The notes: generated by a model from the letters alone, not told the origin. 64,000 bases of DNA from an uncultured Pseudomonadales bacterium (GCA_938091935.1 CALKNV010000035.1:684-64683); one strand, 5' to 3'. Positions 1 through 9,021 are shown, counted from the stretch's first letter. Made by a program: numbers and translations.

Positions 1-1
1 C

Positions 2-1252
2 CGTGCCGACATCCGCAATCTGGCCTTGTATATCACTGAGACGCGCTCAAATGTTAATTACGATGACTTCAACTACGACACGCCGTTAGAGATTCCCACC
101 AGCATCGTAAGCTCCGAGCTGCACAATTTTCGATTCGAAACGGTCGTGGCCGACCTTGATGCCCAGCCGTTTTCCATCGCGCCGCTTCCCGATGGCAGAA
201 TTCTACTGACGGAAAAGAAGTTCGGCGTCAGAGTGATTGATCCCGATGGAGAGAAGTCCGCCTACTTGCTGGATACGCCGAAAGCTTATGCGGACACTTA
301 TAAGATCAGTGTGGATCAAGAATGGGGTATAGGCTGGTTGTTCGATATCAAGCCTCACCCGAACTATCAGGATAATGGCTGGATCTATCTCTATTTTGCG
401 GATCGCTGCGCCGATTGTAATGAACTCTCCCGAGCAAGCGAGCAGGACGTGTCCATGAACAAGCTGGTGCGTGCTCGGATTAGTGATGGGCGCTGGGTGG
501 ACCAGGAAACAATCTGGGAAGCCCCGCTGGAATTCTATACGGCGTTCACTGATGTCGCCGCGGGTGGCCGGCTGACCTTTGACGACAGGGGACACCTGTA
601 CCTGAGCGTTGGCGCGAAAGGCGGCAGCACCTTTAATGGCATTCAGGATCTATCCACGCCCTACGGCAAAGTCCACCGCATCTATGATGATGGAAGTATA
701 CCTACTGATAATCCGTTCTATGGTCAGGAAGACATCTTTCCCAGTATTTATACCTATGGTCACCGCAGCCCCCAGGGGCTGGAATTCAACTTTTTCAACG
801 GCGAGTTATATGGCACGGAGCATGGACCAAGAGGAGGGGACGAAGTAAATCACCTGATTCCGGGGCGCAATTATGGGTGGCCACTCACGTCTCTTGGCAT
901 GGATTACGATGGTACGCCCGTCGAGTATGGGCGCGAGCTGGGTATTGCCTTTGAGTTGGCAGATATCGAGCAACCCGTGGTAGACCTGACTCCTTCACCA
1001 GCTGTGTCCAGCTTTGTAATTATGGATAGTGAGCAGTTCCCGCAGTGGCGAGGACACTTTCTGGTAGGGTCATTGAAGGCCCGTAGCTTGTTTCGCTTCG
1101 AGATCGATGCAGATGGGCTTAGTCATCGCGAAACTCTGCTTGAAGGTTTTGCCAGAATTCGCGACATTGAAATTGGCTACAACGATGATGTTTACCTGTT
1201 GCTAGAGCACAATGCTGGCAGCCAAATTTTACGCATGGTGCCAGTTAATTAA
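2..1252 (+). CDS. PQQ-dependent sugar dehydrogenase (soluble glucose/sorbosone dehydrogenase, GSDH family); 5' end cut by window edge
   Basis: Frame 2 is open from nt 2; the track ORF 26..1252 merely starts at an internal TTG. GSDH beta-propeller motifs are present: GGRLTFDDRGHLYLSVG, GKVHRIYDDGSIPTDNPF, YTYGHRSPQGL, EHGPRGGDEVNHLIPGRNYGWP. Confidence 0.85.
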   Translation, partial: RADIRNLALYITETRSNVNYDDFNYDTPLEIPTSIVSSELHNFRFETVVADLDAQPFSIAPLPDGRILLTEKKFGVRVIDPDGEKSAYLLDTPKAYADTYKISVDQEWGIGWLFDIKPHPNYQDNGWIYLYFADRCADCNELSRASEQDVSMNKLVRARISDGRWVDQETIWEAPLEFYTAFTDVAAGGRLTFDDRGHLYLSVGAKGGSTFNGIQDLSTPYGKVHRIYDDGSIPTDNPFYGQEDIFPSIYTYGHRSPQGLEFNFFNGELYGTEHGPRGGDEVNHLIPGRNYGWPLTSLGMDYDGTPVEYGRELGIAFELADIEQPVVDLTPSPAVSSFVIMDSEQFPQWRGHFLVGSLKARSLFRFEIDADGLSHRETLLEGFARIRDIEIGYNDDVYLLLEHNAGSQILRMVPVN

Positions 1253-1305
1253 GGCCAGGAATTTGTCTAAATGGTACAGGCAGGGATAAGCGAGATGTAT
1301 GCAAA

Positions 1306-1488
1306 TCATGCAGCAACTGTCGCTACGGCAAAGCAGCTGTCACAGTCAGCGCTGGCACCATCGAAGTGGGCAAGCGCGCGGATAGCATTGTCACCGGCAG
1401 GATTCCACTTGTGGATATCTCTGTACTGGAGCAGATGAGCGCAGTTATCGCACAGGGCAAATTGATCGAATAGCAAAATAATCGGCAT
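1306..1488 (-). CDS. hypothetical 60-aa Cys-rich protein (CxxC...CxxC), doubtful
   Basis: The ORF carries LCDNCAHL and DCDSCFA about 33 residues apart, which is zinc-ribbon-like. Third codon positions are mostly C/T/G. There is no SD, and the ATG directly abuts the T-run of the terminator hairpin. Confidence 0.2.
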   Translation of the reverse strand: MPIILLFDQFALCDNCAHLLQYRDIHKWNPAGDNAIRALAHFDGASADCDSCFAVATVAA

Positions 1489-1520
1489 AAAAAAAGGCGA
1501 GTCACTGACTCGCCTTTTTT
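1489..1520. terminator. bidirectional rho-independent terminator between convergent genes
   Basis: AAAAAA-GGCGAGT-cactg-ACTCGCC-TTTTTT: a 7-bp GC-rich stem flanked by an A-run and a T-run. Confidence 0.8.
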
Positions 1521-1541
1521 GTTCAACTTGTGCTGACTGTT

Positions 1542-3392
1542 TTAGTCGTCACCGCCCTGATTAACTTCTTTCCAGGTATAGAAACCCATGAACATTTCTT
1601 CCCAGGACTGCTCGCCCCAGGTTACTTCGATATTCGGGTCAGGGTTAAAACCGTTCTGAGAAGAGTTGTCGAATGCGCCTGTGGCGATAATCTTTGTGCC
1701 GGCTGGAACACGCAACGGGTTTTCCAGTTCGTGGGCCAGCTGCCAGTTGAAGGAATATGCCGGTACCGACAGCAACAGCTCTTCGCTTCCGTCAGGGTAG
1801 ACCGCAGTGAACTTCATGCGCTTACCGCGAAAGTGCATATGGGGCATCATGCTGTGGATCTCAGCTTCATTCGCCACGTAAGTAACGAGCTCCATCTCGT
1901 GATCTTTGGCACCTGCCGGGATCGCGACGGTAAAGGCATTGCCAACACCGCCACCCATGCGTTCTTCGGGGACATAGCCTTCAGGGTAGAAGTAGATGCC
2001 GACTTCAGTTTCATCGGTCATCTCTTTGCCTGAAGTGGTGTAGTGCATTTGGAAACTCAGCTTGGTGCCGGCTTCCAGCTTGCCTCCTACGCCCTCTGGA
2101 CTCAGTGAGATGTTGTTACCAGGCGCGTAACCTGCAACCGAGGCCTGATCTGGGCCACCACCGCCAAGCAGGGCGCCTACATCAATCTCTGGGTTGTCGC
2201 GGAAGATCTTGTCTATATCAGGTTGTCCACCTGAGGCAACCGCTGCAAACATCTCGGCACGAATCGCTGCGGCGCGTTCTTCTGGCAGGCTGTTAATTGC
2301 TTGCAGAAACAGGGCCTGGGGATCTTCGCCGCCACCAGGAGGTACTACGGTGGTGATGATGTGGTGAAGAACTTCAGGTGCGCCAGGGGCAACTTCACTG
2401 CCACGAACCCAACGATCTTCTTCCAGTCCCAGATCGACCACGACGTCTTTGTAGTCCACCACGCCGGTGGCAGGCACAGTTGTTGCTGGAATCTTAACGA
2501 TCATATCTGGCTCGCCCAGGCTCCACTTCGTGTCCGGCCACACCAGGGTGGTCAGGGGATCAACACCGTTGTTCACGTCCACTGGCGAACCGGCGCTTAC
2601 CCAGCGCACGAGCTTCTGCATTTCTGCGTCGCTAAGGTTCATTTCGTTTTTAATCTTGTGGCCGACTTTGTTGTCGATCTGGCCAGGCGGCATGCGCTTG
2701 GTCATAACCACTTCACGGATCATGGGAGACCAGCCCTGCACGGCCAGGCTGCTATCCATCGCGAATGGCGCGATACCGCCTTCACGGTGGCACTCGGCGC
2801 AATTCTCGGCAATGATTGGAGCGATGTCGTTGGTGTACGACAATTTGGCGTGATCAGCTGCGTTGTGGCTAATGGCGCTGGCAGAGCCAGCAACGCTAAC
2901 CAGCTCAGACTCTTCACCGGCCAACAGTTGATCGATGGCAGCTTCAGTTGCTGAGGCAATCGGGCCACGGTAACTAATTTCGAAAGAGCTTGGATCGTAG
3001 ACCACAGCTTCATCCATGTGTTCTATACCCAGCAACTCTGTGACCAGATGGGTATCATCCATCAGCACGGGCAACTCTAGCCCCCGTGTGGCGAGATCGG
3101 CAGCCACTGCCTCGCGGTCTATTTGTAGGCCAGGGTTCATCATGAAAAAGGCCACACCCTGATCCTGATACTTGGACTGCAGCCTGGCGAGTCCTTCAAG
3201 GGTTGCGGCGTCAGTCGCGCCAACGGCTTGCGGCACAATAACTACTGCCTGATGGTCGTCATACCAGGCCATGTGATGCTGTGCACCGAGGTGATCGATT
3301 AGAGCGAAATCACCAACGCGCTCACCGGCGGTGGCACCAATCGAGTAGGCTGCCACGGTGGTTGAAATAGCTGAAAGCAGGAATTTGTTCAC
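1542..3392 (-). CDS. secreted fusion protein: redoxin-like domain + c-type haem site (CxxCH) + PHM/DBH-like type-2 copper monooxygenase domains
   Basis: GTG start with an AAGGGGAA SD and an N-terminal signal peptide. The AhpC/TSA-like region has no Cys. The haem site reads DIAPIIAENCAECHREGG. Copper-ligand motifs are VLHHIIT, FQMHYT, MPHMHFRG and WEEMFMG. Confidence 0.8.
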   Translation of the reverse strand: MNKFLLSAISTTVAAYSIGATAGERVGDFALIDHLGAQHHMAWYDDHQAVVIVPQAVGATDAATLEGLARLQSKYQDQGVAFFMMNPGLQIDREAVAADLATRGLELPVLMDDTHLVTELLGIEHMDEAVVYDPSSFEISYRGPIASATEAAIDQLLAGEESELVSVAGSASAISHNAADHAKLSYTNDIAPIIAENCAECHREGGIAPFAMDSSLAVQGWSPMIREVVMTKRMPPGQIDNKVGHKIKNEMNLSDAEMQKLVRWVSAGSPVDVNNGVDPLTTLVWPDTKWSLGEPDMIVKIPATTVPATGVVDYKDVVVDLGLEEDRWVRGSEVAPGAPEVLHHIITTVVPPGGGEDPQALFLQAINSLPEERAAAIRAEMFAAVASGGQPDIDKIFRDNPEIDVGALLGGGGPDQASVAGYAPGNNISLSPEGVGGKLEAGTKLSFQMHYTTSGKEMTDETEVGIYFYPEGYVPEERMGGGVGNAFTVAIPAGAKDHEMELVTYVANEAEIHSMMPHMHFRGKRMKFTAVYPDGSEELLLSVPAYSFNWQLAHELENPLRVPAGTKIIATGAFDNSSQNGFNPDPNIEVTWGEQSWEEMFMGFYTWKEVNQGGDD

Positions 3393-3814
3393 GTATTAGT
3401 TCCCCTTAGTTTTGAAACTTTTTGAATCGGGTTAGGTTCAGCATGAAGTACGAAATCTGTCTCGACCGCCCAAGTGTACGGATTTTTCGGCTGAATGCAG
3501 CCATTTTTTCGACTTTTTGTTACCTCTCTACTCAATAATGCGATAGAACCCATATTAGTCACGTTGGATTGTAATTTTGATCAGAATCTCCACAGCCCAC
3601 ATTTTTAAAGGCTCTTTAAAGATAGTTACTAAATATTCAAAGCCCCAAAAAAGGGCTTTTTCACCTCCGGCAAAGGTAACACTTTCGGTAACATTTATGC
3701 CCAAAGCTGTGCTTTGCCACTTCTGCATCAGCTTGTTGTCTGGGCTGCTTACTCAAACCTATGCCTGTGCTACTTTGCACAGGATTTTTCCCTGCTGGTT
3801 TGCCTGAGGAATCT

Positions 3815-5600
3815 ATGCACACCGAGAATCTGCTTGTTAGTGTGCTCTATTTTCTAATCGCGGCTGTCATCGCTGTTCCTCTGTTCAAACGCTTCGGTTT
3901 GGGATCGATCCTGGGCTATCTGTTCGCGGGTCTGATTCTGGGTCCTCAGGCCACCGGCTTGGTCGATGATCCAGAGGCCGTGCTGCACTTTGCTGAGTAC
4001 GGTGTAATTCTGCTGCTATTCATTATCGGTCTCGAACCGGCGCCGTAGAAGCTCTGGAATATGCGAGGGCAGATCGTCATGCTGGGTGGCAGCCAGCTGT
4101 TTCTTTCTGCGCTGATGTTGGGCGCCGTGACGCTCTTCCACGGGATGTCATTTACGGTTGCCCTGATACTGGGATTAACCCTGGCCCTGTCGTCGACTGC
4201 TTTCGCTATTCAATTGATGAGCGAAGAACATATTTTGGCCTCACCACTGGGAAGAAAGGGATTCTCAATTCTGCTGCTGCAGGATCTGGCAGTGATTCCA
4301 ATCCTGCTGTTGGTTGGTGTGCTGGCCCAGACCGGCGGCGATAATGAAGAGGGCCTGGCCTGGTACTACGGTGTGGCCAGCGTGGTGCTGCTGCTGGTAT
4401 TCAGTCGCTATGGGCTGAACCAACTGTTGGGGATAGTCGCTGCCACCAACAACCGGGAAATCATGACCGCCGCCAGTCTGTTGATTGTGATTGGGACCGC
4501 TGTCCTGATGGAGCGAGTGGGGCTGTCAATGGGACTGGGTGCCTTCATGGCCGGCATCATGCTGGCAAACTCTGACTTCCGACACCAGTTGGAATCCGAT
4601 ATCGAACCCTTCAAGGGGATTTTGCTAGGACTGTTTTTCATCGCCGTTGGCATGACGCTGAACCTGAATCTGTTAGTGGAAGAACCGCTGCTAATTGTCG
4701 CCGCCGCGGTGATGTTGGTTGCGGCCAAGACACTGCTGATCGCGGTGATCCTGCGTTGGCGCCATGTCGCATTCAAAGAAGGCATATTGCTGGGCCTGAT
4801 ACTGTCCCAGGGGGGAGAGTTCGCGTTTGTAGTTTTGGGTCAGGCAACCCGGGTGCAACTCGTCAGTACTGGTTTGTCTGAACAGATTACCTTGATTGTA
4901 GGGCTCTCCATGGCTATGACTTCGCCTCTGGTCATGCGGCACCGCAGTTATGGCACAATCGCAGCAAGGAGCAACCAGATCAGGATGCGTACTGGGATAC
5001 CCATGAACCAGAGGGACTAATTGCCGGCTTCGGGCGTTTTGGTCAGGTCATCGGGCGTCTGCTAACCGCCCGCTATATTCCGTTCACGGCAATGGACAAA
5101 AATCCGAGGCATGTCGAATTCGTCAAGCAGTTTGGTAATCGCCTGTTTTATGGCGATCTCACCCGTTTGGATTTGTTGAAATCGGCGGGGATCAAACACG
5201 CGCGGATTCTGGTTGTGGCTGTGGATAGCATTGAAGAATCGCTGGCCATTGTTGACCTGGCGCGGGAGCAGAATCCCCGAATCCCCGAATCCAGCTCGTA
5301 GTGCGCGCATTAGATCGATTTCATGCCTACCAGCTGCACACGCGGGGGGTTGACAGTGTGATCAGAGAAACCTTCGCCAGCAGCCTGGAGGCGGCGACGG
5401 ACACACTCGAAATTCTCGGCTTCACCGAAGGCCAGGCCCTGGAGATGGTGGAAATGTTTCGCAAGCACGATGAATCTCTGCTGCAGCGCTCTGTCTCGCA
5501 TATGGATGACATGGATGAGTTGCTGGATATAGCCAGGCAAGGTCTTCTGGAGTTGCAGCAGTTGTTCGATCAGGACAAGCGCAACCCCATGGCGACCTGA
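3815..5600 (+). pseudogene. KefB/KefC-type glutathione-gated K+ efflux antiporter (CPA2 + RCK domain), disrupted
   Basis: ORF fragments 3761..4048, 4061..5020, 5092..5301 and 5301..5600 are co-linear with one KefB/C protein (ILGYLFAGLILGP, IIGLE, LIAGFGRFGQVIGRLL, FYGDLTRLDLL, RETFASSLE). The ATG at 3815 has a GAGGA SD. Lesions are an in-frame TAG at 4046-4048, a frame 2 to frame 1 switch near 4937-4945, and an 8-bp tandem duplication at 5271-5286. Confidence 0.8.
5271..5292 (+). repeat. 8-bp tandem duplication GAATCCCC x2 (+GAATCC) inside the kefB/C-like gene
   Basis: Read directly: gaatcccc gaatcccc gaatcc. Deleting one unit restores EQNPRIQLVVRALDRFHAYQL in frame. Confidence 0.9.
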
Positions 5601-5737
5601 GTCCAATAGAATCGGATATGCTTGGCAGCTTGGCCCGCAATGAATTTCTTGATGGCGCCGAGCAACAGAAACGCAGGCAACAGTCGCTGCAAGGAATTTC
5701 CGGCCACTGCTATCGTCCGGGCTAGCTGATCGAATTA

Positions 5738-6487
5738 TCAGGTCTGTTCATCAAACAGAATATTGACCCGGCGATTGCGCTTGCCCTTATTTTCAATCTT
5801 GCCGACCTTCACGGTGCCGATCTCAGAGGTGTTTGCGACATGGGTGCCGCCGCAGGCCTGCAGATCCACATCGGCAACCTCCATGAGGCGAACACGACCC
5901 TCACCGCTCGGTGGTTTGACTGACATGGTACGGACCAGGTCGGGTTGGGACTGCATTTCGGCCTCGGTGATCCAGCGCGCCTGCAGTGGATGCGCTTCGG
6001 TTACCAGACGATTTAGTTCCCGAGTCAGGTGCTCTTTGTCCAGAGTAGTATCCTGTAAATCGAAATCGAGGCGTGCTTTGTCAGTCCCGATAGAACCACC
6101 CGTGACACCACCATCTACCAGCGAACACAGCAGATGCAGGCAGCTGTGGAAGCGCATGTGCTTATGCCTGCGCTCCCAGTCAATCTGACAGGTGACCTGG
6201 CTGCCAAGCTCCGGTATCGGGGCATCGGTGGCAAGTACGTGAAGAATGCCGGCGCCATCAGGATGCTTGATTGTGTTGGTGACTACGATTTCGCTGCCGT
6301 CCGTCAGGATTAGGCTGCCGCTGTCTCCAGGTTGACCGCCACCTTCTGCATAGAACACAGTCTGATCAAGGACCAGGCCAACGTTATCTCCAGAGACAAC
6401 CTCAAGCACGCGAGCCTGACAAGACCGGAGATAGGCGTCTTCTCGGAACAACTCAATGCTGTGATTCTGGGGTTGGGTATGTGACAT
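5738..6487 (-). CDS. AlaX-type alanyl-tRNA editing protein (free-standing Thr/Ala-tRNA synthetase second additional domain)
   Basis: Zinc and editing motifs HSCLHLL (HxxxH) and ACGGTHV (CxxxH) are present; length is 249 aa. Confidence 0.8.
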   Translation of the reverse strand: MSHTQPQNHSIELFREDAYLRSCQARVLEVVSGDNVGLVLDQTVFYAEGGGQPGDSGSLILTDGSEIVVTNTIKHPDGAGILHVLATDAPIPELGSQVTCQIDWERRHKHMRFHSCLHLLCSLVDGGVTGGSIGTDKARLDFDLQDTTLDKEHLTRELNRLVTEAHPLQARWITEAEMQSQPDLVRTMSVKPPSGEGRVRLMEVADVDLQACGGTHVANTSEIGTVKVGKIENKGKRNRRVNILFDEQT

Positions 6488-6742
6488 AGCGGTTTCCGGT
6501 AAACTAAAAACGCATCGAGGACTGCTGGTGAAGCAGTATAAGCGTTATCATTGTGTGGCGGATAGAGAGTTCAATGTGGCAAGTATTCGGCGAGGTCACC
6601 AAGCCTGTAAACCCAATCCACTTACAGTTTATTGGCGTATTTACAGCGCAAGCCCGGAGTGGATGGATTCCTTGATATTTAGTGCCGACTGGTGGCAGCA
6701 CCCGCCGCCGCAAATCCAGTAAATCGAAGAGTTGAAAATGAT

Positions 6743-7786
6743 ATGACGCAAGCAGTGCTATTGATGAATTTGGGAACGCCAGCTGAACCTACGGCAAAGG
6801 GCTTGCGCGACTTTTACCGGTATTTCTTCGCTGACCCTTACGTGTTTGATTTCAATCCGGTAGGTCGCTGGTTGCTGCGCAACATGATTATTCTGCCATT
6901 TCGTGCTCCTCGCATTGCCAAGGACTACGCCGAGATCTGGATGGATAAGGGCTCGCCGCTGAAAGTCTATGCGGATGAGATGGAAGCCAGCGTACAGCAG
7001 GCCTTTGATGCGCAGGGCCGCGACGTGCTGGTGCGAACCGGCATGGCATACAGCAAGCCATTCGTCTGGGATGCCATGGCGGAACTCGAGGCAGCCGGGG
7101 CGACGGAGATTCTCCTGCTGCCCATGTTTCCACAGTACTCCACGGCAACGACCGCGTCAGTCTTTAACTCAGTAGAAAAGGCGGTGAAACGCTGGAAGAC
7201 GCCGCCGCGGCTGCATTTTGTAGACGACCTGTTTCAGGAAACGGCTTTCATCAAGGCCTGGGCCTCGCTGCTCAAAAAGCACGTCGACTATGATGCCCTC
7301 GACCACGTCATTTTTAGCTACCACGGCGTGCCTGAGAAGACGATCAAGAAGGCAGATGCTGCCAATGTCTGCCAGTTCGGTGGCTGTTGTGACGCCGTGA
7401 CTGACAGCAACAAGCTTTGCTACCGCATGCAGTGCATGCAGACCACAGCGGGCATCACTCGGGAGCTGGGATGGGACTCTGAAAAATATTCAGTTGCTTT
7501 TCAATCACGCTTTGGCCCGCTGCCCTGGATTCAACCCTACCTCGATGACCACATTGAAGAACTAGTAGGAAAGGGCAAGAAACGCATCGCTGTGGTCACC
7601 CCAAGCTTCATCTCTGATTGCCTGGAGACTCTGTTTGAAATTGGTATCGAATACCGAGAACAGTTTGATGAGGCCGGTGGCGAAGCGTTCCAGTTGGTGC
7701 CAAATCTTAACAATGACAAAGGTTGGTTCCAGGCGGTTCATGCTATTGCCAGCGCGCATTTGCAGCAGTTTTCCCTAGTAAATTGA
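6743..7786 (+). CDS. hemH: ferrochelatase
   Basis: Contains MTQAVLLMNLGTP, FRYFFADPYV, LLLPMFPQYS and FSYHGVPE. The start is placed at the in-frame ATG 6743 rather than the track start 6692. Confidence 0.9.
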   Translation: MTQAVLLMNLGTPAEPTAKGLRDFYRYFFADPYVFDFNPVGRWLLRNMIILPFRAPRIAKDYAEIWMDKGSPLKVYADEMEASVQQAFDAQGRDVLVRTGMAYSKPFVWDAMAELEAAGATEILLLPMFPQYSTATTASVFNSVEKAVKRWKTPPRLHFVDDLFQETAFIKAWASLLKKHVDYDALDHVIFSYHGVPEKTIKKADAANVCQFGGCCDAVTDSNKLCYRMQCMQTTAGITRELGWDSEKYSVAFQSRFGPLPWIQPYLDDHIEELVGKGKKRIAVVTPSFISDCLETLFEIGIEYREQFDEAGGEAFQLVPNLNNDKGWFQAVHAIASAHLQQFSLVN

Positions 7787-7874
7787 ATCTGATTCGAGGC
7801 AGGAAATCGGACTGAGTTATTGGGCTGAATATGCTTCGATAAGCGACCTTGGCCCATGCTGTACCAGAACCTAA

Positions 7875-8237
7875 CACAGACGCATTATTGCTGACTCGCG
7901 GCCCTTCCTTAACCCGCGGATACTGTTGTTCCTCCTTATGATTAATCACCTGAAATTTCTGTGGAACGGCGGGCTTGACCCTGATACCGCCAGTCTGATC
8001 AGTTTGCGCGAGCGCCGCACACTCTCTACCACGGTGTTCTGTGTTATGCCGCTGGTGATTATCCTGATCGTCTCCAATACCTTCACAGGTGGCGAACGCG
8101 ACAATATTTACATTATTTCTGCATCCGTTAATGGATTTCTTACCAAGCCTTTCCACCAATCGGATTTGCGGGAAGTTTTGCTCGGCGCCGTGCAGCGCTT
8201 GCGATTAACCTCGTCTCCGGATCAATATTTTTCATGA
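7875..8237 (+). pseudogene. degenerate receiver (REC) domain remnant
   Basis: The frame is open from 7875. RRIIADS, NPRILLFLLMINHL, PLVIILIVS and NGFLTKPFHQSDL mimic REC beta1, beta3, beta4 and the KPF motif. The phospho-Asp position is Asn, the middle appears shortened, and there is no convincing start or SD. Confidence 0.35.
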
Positions 8238-8312
8238 CCTGAATCAAAATGTGCGGATTTGGCCCACGTATGCTTCCTCTTGTTCAATCCAGACAAAGAG
8301 AGAGGAAGCACC

Positions 8313-8450
8313 ATGGCTGAGCACGTTATTTCAGAAAATGCCGCCGAACGAGAAGACCTGGTACCTGTGGTACTAAAGATTTTCGGTCTCTACATTACCA
8401 TCATGACCGTGGCCTACTTTGTAGGAAACGCGATCTACCAGATTCCATAG
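8313..8450 (+). CDS. hypothetical 45-aa single-TM protein
   Basis: ATG preceded by an AGAGGAAG SD. The product is MAEHVISENAAEREDLVPVVLKIFGLYITIMTVAYFVGNAIYQIP. Confidence 0.35.
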   Translation: MAEHVISENAAEREDLVPVVLKIFGLYITIMTVAYFVGNAIYQIP

Positions 8451-8600
8451 CGCGAAACCCTTGACCCTGTGTCGCAGTGAGCCTGCTGCTGGGCGCTTGC
8501 TGTTAGACTACCCATACTGTAAATAGCTTGAGGCAGGCTCGCAAAGCCGCGAAATAGCCCGAAAAAGCTATAGATAAAGAGACTCTCAGGAGGGTTTATT

Positions 8601-8690
8601 ATGGTACGGGTACGCAGTCTATTTTGGCTTACGCTAGCACCGATCGGCGTTGCACTCTCTTGCTGGCTCGTCATGCCAGTGGTTTTATAA
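8601..8690 (+). CDS. hypothetical 29-aa hydrophobic peptide
   Basis: An AGGAGG SD lies 7 nt upstream of the ATG. The product is MVRVRSLFWLTLAPIGVALSCWLVMPVVL. It falls below the 60-aa track cut-off and was found by manual translation. Confidence 0.3.
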   Translation: MVRVRSLFWLTLAPIGVALSCWLVMPVVL

Positions 8691-8915
8691 TGGTTCTTAC
8701 GAGCAATTTGTAAGTTTCTGAAGAGCCTGGACATTTGCCTATGCAAGGCATTTGTCCAATAGAAGGATCAACCGTAAGTCGTCCAATGCGGCTCATAGCC
8801 TTGCTTGCAAGGCATGGTATTTAGTTTCGGTAGCATTACTCGCTGATGCAGCTCTATCTGACGTGGCTGGCAACAAGCGCAAAGTCAATATTCAATTCAA
8901 AACCAACACGCAAAC

Positions 8916-8950
8916 AAAAGGGGCACATCGCGAACGATATGCCCCTTTTT
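8916..8950. terminator. bidirectional rho-independent terminator (3' of the XDH-family operon)
   Basis: AAAA-GGGGCACATCG-cgaa-CGATATGCCCC-TTTTT: an 11-bp stem with one mismatch. Confidence 0.75.
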
Positions 8951-9021
8951 AATTTGCTGGTTTTTTGCCTCAGGAACCGAAGCTGGCTATATGCGCGTCC
9001 TGGGGTAAATAACCGCGGTGA

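Noticed and set aside
2301-2954. Long ORFs antisense to well-supported genes (for example 2301..2954, 10575..11123, 19696..20382, 41390..42304, 43216..43755, 62334..62915)
   Set aside because: These are shadow ORFs typical of GC-rich coding regions. They have no recognisable motifs or SD sites and lie entirely inside genes with strong homology-type evidence on the opposite strand.
3639-3661. Hairpin AAAGCCC-caaaaaa-GGGCTTT in the divergent intergenic region as the terminator of an sRNA
   Set aside because: It has only four G-C pairs, no upstream promoter or ORF that I can support, and the T-run is consumed by the stem.
4046-4048. In-frame TAG as pyrrolysine or programmed read-through
   Set aside because: There is no pyl machinery or recoding context, and the same gene has two further frame-disrupting lesions. 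Simple nonsense mutation is the parsimonious reading.
7743-8159. 138-aa minus-strand ORF overlapping the hemH 3' end and the REC relic
   Set aside because: It has no motifs, overlaps the hemH stop region, and lies opposite the frame that shows REC-like similarity.
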